From IMG/VR virus record IMGVR_UViG_3300030117_005467, positions 1 through 33,150 of that record: a DNA stretch of 33,150 nt; one strand, 5' to 3'. This DNA is from a virus (lineage: Duplodnaviria; Caudoviricetes). The first letter of the stretch is position 1. Every line of letters starts with the position of its first letter. This document shows, in pieces, positions 18,101 to 27,100 of this stretch. Under the pieces are notes generated by a model. It was not told the DNA's origin and made no database searches. It saw only the letters and a list, made by a program, of their open reading frames with translations. The translations under genes and the position numbers were made by a program.

Positions 18101-19578
18101 TTACTGTTGATGATGCCTTTAGGGGTAAAAGATTTAACGACTCCTGGCAGATATATAAAGATCGTGGAGTTACCTGGGATCAAACAAAAAGTGCATCCAG
18201 TGGTGCTTATGGTGGTAAGTATGTTGGTATTGGTGATTTATTACAAGCTGTTATATCATCAGGAACTGATTCTGAATACACCAATAATTTAGATATTGAT
18301 GCCTGGCGAAATAGCACAACTGGAAATGTAGATGTTACTACAGTATCTGGTAAATGGTTTGAAACCATAGATCGTGGTCAATTTAAAATTAATGATATCA
18401 GCACCTGGGAAGATCACCTGGGAATGTTTTTTATAAAACTAAACCGACCTCTTCCTGCTGGGACCTGGAATGATCAGGGTAAAATTGGTGGTGCATTAAA
18501 CATTGTAAATACCAGTACAAATAATTACACAGCAACCATAACAGATGATGGTTTAACCTCTCTTGGTGAACACTGGGGAGAAGCTGTAGAATCAATTAGA
18601 GTCAATGCAAAATATGGTAAAATTGTTAAAAGTAGATTGTTCCTGGGTAATGTTGTCCTGGACATTGGTGATGAGAATGAAGAAAGAAGTGATTGGGTTG
18701 TTTACAGTGAGGTAAATCAGTTTGATGTAAGACCAGTCAGTAATGCAATCCAGTTTCCTGATCGTGAAGGTGGTCAAATAACAGGCTTATCAGAATTATT
18801 TGGAAGGTTAATTGTGTTCAAAGCCCAGGCAATATTTGTTTTGGACCTGGCAAACCCAATGACACCTTCAACCTGGACCAGGAAAGAAACAAAAATCAAC
18901 ATTGGTAATATTGCTCCAGAAGGAATCGTTGAGGTCCATGATTCAGTTTACTTTGTACACCATGATGGTATTTATAAGCTGGATGCCAATACTACAGCCA
19001 GTTCAGATGCAACGCCTTCTTTAATGGAAAAAATTACTTTGGGTATTGAGGATCAGTTTTTATTGGCAGATAGTAAGAGAAGCGTTAAAGGTGTATATGA
19101 CCAAAAAAACAATGAAATATTGTACACCTGGGATGTATCAAACGCCCAGGTTGTTTGGGCATACAATATTGTAATAAAGACCTGGAGAAAAGTAGATACC
19201 ACAGCCAATATGGATATTTTGGCATTTGCTGAAAATAGTGGTCCATTAACCTGGGATGAAACAGATAAAAACCTTAAAAAATTTGATGTAGCTGAAGCAG
19301 TGGGAACAGCCTGGAAGAGTAAACGATTTCCTTTGGACCTGGATCGAAAAAGATTAATCAGGTATGGAATGGTCAAGTTTACAGGGACCGATACATTAAC
19401 TGTAAATGTTTACCTGGATGGTGCAGGATCTGCTTCTTTTACCAAAACCATTACTGCCGATGGTGGTATTAACAGATTTCCGATTAAAAGGTATGGAAAG
19501 AATTTTGAAATTGAACTTACTACTCCATCGAGTGCTAACGCTTTCTCGGTGGAAAGAGTACGAATTGAAACGGAGTAA
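15199..19578 (+). CDS. Tail nozzle / tail tubular protein B-like with large insertions
   Basis: Follows the adaptor. Short N-terminal F.G.L.T...D motif and C-terminal beta-propeller-like region (RLFLGNV, YSEVNQFD, ITGL....GRLIVFK, VYFV...GIY, WKSKRF). Confidence 0.75.
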   Translation: MAKYIDIKDFDGTLTNADIEDLPENVAQEIKNLKIQAGKLEKTFGAGTPSGVPAIGLSFVDTNTGTTNTVYNIFTFISDKLDGATVNDAGDQYRYLLVTIDNNRNTKLWWYDFGAPDVTDHLQIENNIVWFKTASAHGFVEDDYVLVQDCKHNTDPLTDITSAGVYEQVDHVPTDTTLGVNTDSATSWGGSFFDISVASGFTAMPFGGKVATHKIVDDTVAYGGTDWGEVEDIAIVSMLSTGTVLCMAKKTNELVYMTGTGSFVDLATSLYTTYKAKTNFAVCGMLSFHAKNAIYVHYSYQDGSPASNYNKIVKYACDSSGNITESAVGDLGTTAVVSESFFQETTSSGSKNLFILAKGLGLYGINTSDSIASHSLTITGTLTTINTSLAKGMTSIIQTNKLTSAGGSSVSDVAHEYLVILTDEAPSLKFYSRDITSGSVTTYGLLTDLTTTGTPIMLSKMDFGENSNRSESLVVYYTASSVNYLKYSLHNDTTIARTLDNIATSGDLQSDANLSVTFIKPTNDLPTGATKYLMVGTDNPSASQSGKLLGVTTAKQVKEFANPGTTPGKTNWNPSCFDGCSTGVGFFTHAKAYIGVYGTEAQDGSSADHADVYRFTDIGWLQNTWSGTGDCEYRWFDLTDKYDIPATYNNTERNPIIPFGDTVRVLAGNIAEYSSNEAKGIWLGYIDRKYMNDGVTITPGFYGYSNVLTNPFSISDDIDFSETKDELRDSDESKYVLTALYDGVQETLIDDSSAVIINDVVGISGATVFDVSKSKVVLPVNIDFSTLNKRVTGLNLYRSNRYNGVWETYKKIQEVNFIKTQNAGETSDKYFFLQATTDNVAYVKDDGGYIASIDDSNETTYALKVGSNWKRRIVSISSITQRNVTGAELNADITSSSTTGVSVTNASSLSATDYFLGAEKVAVSSIDTSANTVTLTRAQGSPATTAVAHVRYTEFRSTSATATGWFIITVDDAFRGKRFNDSWQIYKDRGVTWDQTKSASSGAYGGKYVGIGDLLQAVISSGTDSEYTNNLDIDAWRNSTTGNVDVTTVSGKWFETIDRGQFKINDISTWEDHLGMFFIKLNRPLPAGTWNDQGKIGGALNIVNTSTNNYTATITDDGLTSLGEHWGEAVESIRVNAKYGKIVKSRLFLGNVVLDIGDENEERSDWVVYSEVNQFDVRPVSNAIQFPDREGGQITGLSELFGRLIVFKAQAIFVLDLANPMTPSTWTRKETKINIGNIAPEGIVEVHDSVYFVHHDGIYKLDANTTASSDATPSLMEKITLGIEDQFLLADSKRSVKGVYDQKNNEILYTWDVSNAQVVWAYNIVIKTWRKVDTTANMDILAFAENSGPLTWDETDKNLKKFDVAEAVGTAWKSKRFPLDLDRKRLIRYGMVKFTGTDTLTVNVYLDGAGSASFTKTITADGGINRFPIKRYGKNFEIELTTPSSANAFSVERVRIETE

Positions 19579-19581
19579 AAC

Positions 19582-20397
19582 ATGGATCCCATGACAATGA
19601 TGTTACTGGCAAAAGGAGCCCAAAGAATTGGGCAATCTGGAGCCAGACTACTACAACCAAAGTTTGCCAACACAACATATGGTAGGCAATTATCAAAAAT
19701 GAGAACCGAAGGTGCTTTATCACCAGGTGCTGAGAAAAACATTTTAAACAGGGTAGGAACCCAGGCTGGTAGAAGTGCGAATGTAGCAACCAACAGAATG
19801 ATCGGAAGTGCAGTGAACTCTGGTATGGGATCTGACTCAGTTGCAATCAGAAGAGGAATTGCAGAAGCTGAACTCGACAAAAGACGAATTGTAACAGATA
19901 CTGCAAAAGATATTTATCTGGATGAAGAAAAAGCAAAGAAACAGGCAAAAATTGATTATGCTAAAGCTGTAAGTCAGGACAAGCGTGAAAGAAGAAATGC
20001 TATGGTTGGCGTAGCTAGTTCTGTTGCTCAAACAGCAGGGGATTATTATGGTAATAAGGTAGCAGAAGGTAAAGCCCAGGACCAGTCTTATATGGATGCT
20101 GTTGCAAAATATGGACCAGAAAATGTTAAAGCTGTAGAACTTCCAGGTGGTGAAACCAGATATACTGGAGGTATTGATTCAAAAACTGGAAAAGTAGCAT
20201 TGACACAAGACGATCAAAGAGCCATTGAGGTGTATGCTCAAAAAGCAAATATTAAAAATAGTGCCACAGTAAGTCAGACATTTGAGGATTTTTTAAACGA
20301 TAAAAATGCAGACCCAGATAAATTTATTGAGAAAATGAAAGACATGGGTTTTGAAGATGCTGATATAGTTGAAATAATAAAAATGTTGAGTAAATAA
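19582..20397 (+). CDS. Probable internal virion / DNA ejection protein
   Basis: MDPMT..LL..G N-terminus, G/A-rich and helical, follows the nozzle gene. Confidence 0.6.
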   Translation: MDPMTMMLLAKGAQRIGQSGARLLQPKFANTTYGRQLSKMRTEGALSPGAEKNILNRVGTQAGRSANVATNRMIGSAVNSGMGSDSVAIRRGIAEAELDKRRIVTDTAKDIYLDEEKAKKQAKIDYAKAVSQDKRERRNAMVGVASSVAQTAGDYYGNKVAEGKAQDQSYMDAVAKYGPENVKAVELPGGETRYTGGIDSKTGKVALTQDDQRAIEVYAQKANIKNSATVSQTFEDFLNDKNADPDKFIEKMKDMGFEDADIVEIIKMLSK

Positions 20398-21104
20398 TGA
20401 GTAATAACGAAAAATTTCAGAAAGTTTTGAATGCACTAAATGCCAAAAGCAAAAAGAAAGAAGCAGAGAGATTAAAAGCAGAAAGGCTGTATGCAGAAGA
20501 AAAGAAAAAAATAACTCCAAAATATAAAGAAGATCAAAAAATTAAAGCTGAAGCAGACAGTATATCTGCTGAAAATAAACTTAGAAAAGCAAAGAAAGAA
20601 GCACAGCCACAAACTCCATCTGATGATATATTGAGATATGGTAAAAGATTGTCAGAATTAAGAAAACTTGGTTACAGAGAACAGCGAATTAAAGAAGAAG
20701 TGCAAGGCGAGGGCGATGATCAAACAGTAACATATCAATACTCCCTTGATTATATACCAACAGATGAAGCAAAAATATATGAAGGAGAAATTAATGCCTA
20801 CAGAGACAGTTTAAATCTGGCACAAATGGCAAAAAAACATGGTATGCTTACTCCAAAGGTAAGAGAGATAGATCAAAACAGAGCAAAGATTGAGCAGGAA
20901 AGAAATGATTTAGCAAGAAAAATTATATCACAAGATTTTCCAATGAAGCCTGGTGCTGATGGTGAAACATATTCTGAAGTAAGTGATGATCAAAAAATAC
21001 AAATTGCTCTAGACCAGGCAACTGATATGCTTGTTGAAAAATATGGTAAAGGTATTTTACCATTATTAAAAAACCTTAGAGAATACAGAAAGGTTAGTAA
21101 ATAA
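20397..21104 (+). CDS. Probable internal virion / ejection protein
   Basis: Charged helical protein coupled by TAATG between two ejection-type genes. Confidence 0.5.
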   Translation: MSNNEKFQKVLNALNAKSKKKEAERLKAERLYAEEKKKITPKYKEDQKIKAEADSISAENKLRKAKKEAQPQTPSDDILRYGKRLSELRKLGYREQRIKEEVQGEGDDQTVTYQYSLDYIPTDEAKIYEGEINAYRDSLNLAQMAKKHGMLTPKVREIDQNRAKIEQERNDLARKIISQDFPMKPGADGETYSEVSDDQKIQIALDQATDMLVEKYGKGILPLLKNLREYRKVSK

Positions 21105-24100
21105 TGGCAGAACCATTAGTCCCACAACAGAGAAACTCTCTTGATGATATACTTAATAAAGCCTTTGATGATTTAGAAAGAGAAAGACAAAGAAGAGACA
21201 ATATAATTAATGCACCTGATCCAGCAAAAAGATTGGGTGAAATTCAAAGAGTAGAAAAACAGGTATCAACTGAAACACCTGATATTCAACAGGCTGTAAC
21301 TACAAAAATGTATCAGGATACCTCTTACTATACAGGTAGACCATTAGGATCTCCAAAATCTGTAGAGCAAGATCAACCACTGGTAAAACCTGGTTTAAAA
21401 CCTGGTGAAGTAAATCAATGGGCAGGGTTTTTAAATGCAATTAAATCTGGTTATAAGCAGGGTAAAATGGCAAGAAATGTACTTGCCCTTGAAGGTGGGG
21501 CTGATGCAGAAGAAAGATTAAAAGAGATTGCATCTTTACAAGCTGAATTAAGAGGAATCCCAAGATCGAAGGCTTACAATGAGTTTAACAAGTCAGAAAC
21601 ATTTGGAGAAGCATTAAAAACATTAGCTGTAGATCCAATTGAAATAACAAGTCAGCTTGTAGCTGAATCAATGGCATCATTTTTACCAACTCAATTTGCT
21701 GGTATGATGGCTGGTGCAGGAGTAGGAGCAGGAGTAGGATCTGTTGTTCCTGGAGTTGGAACAATTGCAGGGGCTTCTGCTGGTGCATTATATGGTGGAA
21801 TAACATCTTCTGGTTTAACCTCTCTTGGTTTGGAATATAGTGGTAAAATGCTTGAGGTTATGGGTGAATTAGGCGTTGATGTTGAAAATCCAGATGATTT
21901 AGCCAGGGGTTTTTCTGATCAAAAAATTATGTCTGAAGCAAGAAAGCTGGGTTTAAGAAAAGGTGTTCCCATTGCACTGTTTGATTTAGTAAGTGCTGGT
22001 GTTGCTGGTAGATTTATGAAACCAGGTAGGTCCCTGGCAAGTAAGGCAATACAAGGGTCAAAAGAAGTTGGAACCCAGGCAGTGTTGGGGTCAAGTGGTG
22101 AATTAGCTGGTCAATTAAGTGCAGGAGAAGAAATTCAACCATCAGCGATTGTTGCAGAAGGTATTGCTGAAATCGGACAGTCTGCACCTACTGGAGCAGT
22201 TAGAGTAGCAACTCAAAAATTTAAAACACAAAAGCTAGAACAAGCTAAAGCCAAAGGATTAGAAGCACTTAACAATAACCAGCTTAGAACTTTATCTGAT
22301 AAAGAGTTACAAGATTTCACCAGGTCCCTTACAAAAGAAGAAGCAATGGAAGTGGGGATTGACCAGGAAAAAGGAACTGCCGAAACTACATCAGCTATCG
22401 GTCAGGAGTTTACTCGCAGAGAATTAAATCTGGATAAAATTCCTGAAACAGAAAAAGAACTTAGGGAGGTAGCATCAAAAAGAATTATATCAGATCAAAA
22501 AGCAGAAGGTAAAGACTTTGTTGGCAGACTGATTGAAAAAGCCCAGGAAGAGTCAGGGATTCAAATTGAAAGAGAGTATCTGGATCGTACACTTGCCGAT
22601 GAAATCCAGGATGAAAATTTATCCGAGGAAAGATCAGCAGAGATACTCAAAGAACATGGAATTGATGAAAATACCGATCCAAATGAAATAATGATTACAG
22701 GTCGAACCTCTGGGTATGTGGTTCGATTATCTACAGCAGGAACAGAGGAAAGATTGGCAGATGAGTTTGTTGCTGTAAATGAAGAAATGGCAGAGGTTTA
22801 TTATAATGCTGAAACAGAAAAAGGGGGGCAAGATTTTGAAAACGAAGTTAGCCAGGACAGAAAAAATTATTACGAAGCAACAGGAGAAACAGACACAGGA
22901 GAGTCAAACAAAGAATGGTTCAGTACGATGGCATTACGCTTTGCGACTCAGGGACAGGTCCACGAATCTATCGGAGCAAAACTCAGAGATATATTTAAAG
23001 AATTTATTGCATCAGCCCAAAAAATCTTGGCTGATTCTCTCAGGCTTAAAAAGCATATTGAACAAGGTAAAATTAGCGATTCATTATTAAATAAGCTGGA
23101 GTCAGCTACTGATTTTAAAAAGGTAGGTGAGTCAGTTCGCCAGGCGAAAAAAAGTAAAAAACAGCCTTCTTATCGAACTGTTCGCAAACCAAAAGGTAAA
23201 GATGTACTCGGAAGAGATATTCCTGATTGGAGAGGTGCAACAGTATTTCATTCTACAAATGAAAAAAGTGCTGAAGATATAAAACAAAAAGGATACAGAA
23301 CAGATATAGAAGATCAATCAGGGTATTATGGAAAAGCAATTTCTTTTACTCCTGACATTGAATACACAAAGCAATTTGGTGATATTGTTACAACTGCAAA
23401 AATATCTGAAGATGCAAAAATATTAAATCAAAACGATCCAGAAGATAGTGAAGTGTTTGATTCAATTATGGAGGGTAAAGGCTGGGGACCAGATATGCAT
23501 CAATATTTTTTGGATGCAGGAATTGATGGTGTTTACGATCCAGGTGCTGGTGACTTATTTATTTACAATCCTAAAGTGGTTACATATAAAAGTAGTAAGT
23601 CAGCAACTTCTTATCGTGTAAATAAAGAAACTTCCCAAGAGTCTCTAATTAGCCCAACGGAAAGTCAGCAACCATCAAAATTTATTATAAATAGAAATGG
23701 AAGAGTCAATCTTGAGAAGTTTCAGGGTAAAGTTACTTCATCCGATCTTTCAACTCAATCAATTTCTAAAATAAAAAATTCTGATTGGGTAAGGGCAGAT
23801 GGTGATGTCGTTATTGGTGATATTATCAAATTTAAAGAAGGTGTTTTTGGTGGCAATTACAGAAATCCAAAGTATGTAGGTGATCGATCTAATATTGCAA
23901 TAATTACAAAAGATTCATACGGAGAAGTTAGTGGACAACATACTTTTTCAATTGAAATATTAAAATCTACAGGGGTGGAAAAATTAGCAAAAGGGTTTAA
24001 AACAAGAAGGAAGGGGAGAGTAATTTATCGAAATGGAGTTGAAAGATTACTTTGGAATAATGAACAATCCAGAGAGTTAGTGAAGGATGAAAAACATAAT

Positions 24101-27100
24101 CGAGGTCAGCAAGTTAGAAACCTTAAAAAAGAAAGATACTCAGGAAATATTTCTTATCGTATTACCGAAAAAGAAGGCAGTGATTTAGTATGGAAAAACA
24201 TTCCAATTGTAAAACAACCAAAATTACTGGAACTCACAAAATATTTAACAGAAAGAGCAAAGTCTATTTCAGATGATTTAGGAATAGACTTAACTCAAAA
24301 TACACCAGAAGCAATTGATATAATATCTAATGTAATTGCAGAAGAAATACGAATTGAATTAGAAAACAAAAAGAATGCATTAGGCTGGTATTCAATTAAA
24401 ATGCAAAACGCCATTGAATTATTATCGCAGATTTACCCTGAGATTATGCAAGACCCAGATCATAATCAGGTATTTAAAGTTGCACTTGCAATAACCAGCA
24501 ATGGTACACCTGTTGAAGATAATTTAAAAATAGCAATGGTAGCATATGAGCATTGGCGAGATAAAGGTACATTGCCAGGCACATTTAAAGTGGGTGGTCA
24601 AGAAGGACCAGCAATGGCAAAAGCATTTAGATTGTACAATAAATCTGTAAAAGATTTTGGTAGTGATTTTGTACACAATTTTATTAATACTGAATTTACT
24701 GTTAAAGAAATAACAGACATGGGTTTCCCAGTTAAAGGTGAGTTAGTAAGTGCCAAGGTAATGGGTGCAGTTATTTTTGGTCCAAAAGTTGGTGGTGGGT
24801 TTTTATCAAATTTAAATGGACATTACCAGTACCTTACAATGGATCGCTGGTTTATGAGGACATTAGGGCGTATCAGGGGGAACCTGAAACCACAGCAGGA
24901 TTACTCAAAACAATTAAAACGATTTAGAACTGCATTAAGAATTAATCCAAGTAAAATGAAACTGTATAATGTTTCAAAAGAAGATCTTAAAAATGATGAT
25001 AAGGTAATTGAAGTTGCAAGAAAAGTATTAAAAGAATACGCTAAATCAAAATATGTAAAAAAAGACAAGCGTAAGAGGAGTTTTTATCCAAAGACAGAAA
25101 TAAATAAAGCATCAAACAATTTAATAAATACCATAGATAAAATACACGAAGCACCATCTAGTGGAACTGAGCGTAAATATTTAAGAGAAATAATGAAAAT
25201 TGCAGTAGAAAAGTCTGGTGTTGAAGGATTGACGATGGCAGATGCTCAAGCAATTATTTGGTTTCCTGAAAAACGCTTTATCAGTAAATTCGGAGTAGGA
25301 TCACAGCGTGGCAAAAAAGAAACAGATTATGAAACAGAAGCAAGACAATATGTCAAATCAAGGATTGGATCAGTCCAACCCCTCAGGAGAAGTACAACCG
25401 ATAGAAGAGATAGCGACATTCAGCCAGGTAAAGAAAGCGATGCAAAACTTCAAAAAGAAAAATCGTCTTACCGACTAGCACCTACTTTTTATTCCCAGGC
25501 TGAGAAATCAGTCACAGAAAAATTCCCCCCTTCCATGAAAGCACAGTCAGTTCCTAACTGGCTCCAGAAAAACCAGGTAACACCAGAAGAGATTTATTGG
25601 CTGGACCTGGAGTCATTGCTAAAGGGTAAGCAGAAAGTTACCAAAGAAGAACTCCAGGGATATATCCAGGCAAATAAGATTGAAGTCCAGGATGTAATGA
25701 GAGGTGGTAATGCAAAATTTACAGCAAAAGAATTAAATAATGATGAATTGTATAAATATTTTGATTTTTATGACGAAGCATACTCTTTAACTGAGCCTGT
25801 TATAAATCCTTTAGATGATACTTGGTTTGGGTTATCACTTAAAAAAAACTTAATAAAATTCATCAGGATTTATAATGCAGAAGATAGAGAATTTCTTGTT
25901 TGGAGACAGACGGAAAGCGATCCGTTTTTTATTGATGAAATTAGAACAGATGAAACTTCCTTTAATGCTATACCAGGCTCAAAGGTTCGAGTCCATGTTG
26001 ATTCATCTAAATTTCTTGATGATGTACATGATCGTATTGCTGAAAAACTTAGCTATGCTCCACAATATAGTGGACACCAACTACCAGGAGAAAAAGAAGA
26101 TTATCGTGAATTGTTGCTGACATTGCCTATGGCAGTAGATTTTGCAAATATAAGATTTAGTAACAAAACCAATGAATACGAAGTTTATGGCTCGGTAGAT
26201 AATTTATTGGGATCATTTGGTAATAAAGAAGATGCTGAATCATTTAAGAATGAACTATCTCAAACATCCCAAATTAAAGATACATTCACTTCAAGTCATT
26301 TTGATGAACGAAATATACTGGCTCATGTACGCTTTAATACTCGTAAATCACCCACAGGAGAGAAGGTTTTATTCATTGAGGAAGTTCAGTCTGACTGGCA
26401 CAAACAAGGTCGTGAGAAGGGGTATAAAAAGAAAATTCCTGCAAATGTTAAAAGAGAAACAGATTCTTTAAATAAGAAAGGTTATGCATTAATTCGAGAG
26501 ATTAATGATTTGAATCCAAATCATATCGAACAATACAGTAAAATAGAAAGACTACAGAATGAATTAGATTTAACAGTTGATAAAAAAAATAAATTAGAAG
26601 AGCCTTATTCCCCACAGGGAGTTGTTGATGCTCCATTTAAAGACAGTGGCTGGATTAAACTTATTATGAAAAGAATGCTACGTTATGCCAGTGAAAACAA
26701 TTTTGATCGTATTGCCTGGACCACATCCAATCAGCAAGTAGAAAGATGGAGAAATTCATTAAGACAGAATGTAGACCAGATTTCATATCAAAAATTTGGT
26801 TCCAATTCTATGGGTAAACCAACTTTTCTTGTGGCAATTAATGGATTAAAAAACAATAAGAGTGTATTCAATCAAACTGTTCCAATAGAAGGTGAAACAA
26901 CCATTAATGGGCATAAGGTTACTTTAGATGGTTTATTGGGTAAACAGATGGCTTCACAGATCAGAAAATCTCAAGATAAAACAGGAGTTATTGAAGGTGA
27001 TAATCTTACTATTGGTGGAACAGGATTTAAAGTAGTGTATGATTTTGCCATTAAAAAGATTTTAAACAAAATGGGAAAACCAAGTGGCGTAAAGGTGGAT

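Noticed and set aside
22779-26471. Other +1-frame ORFs inside the giant gene (22779-23090, 25875-26120, 26217-26471)
   Set aside because: K/L/I/M-rich off-frame composition, not aligned with cassette seams, and the main frame there is protein-like.
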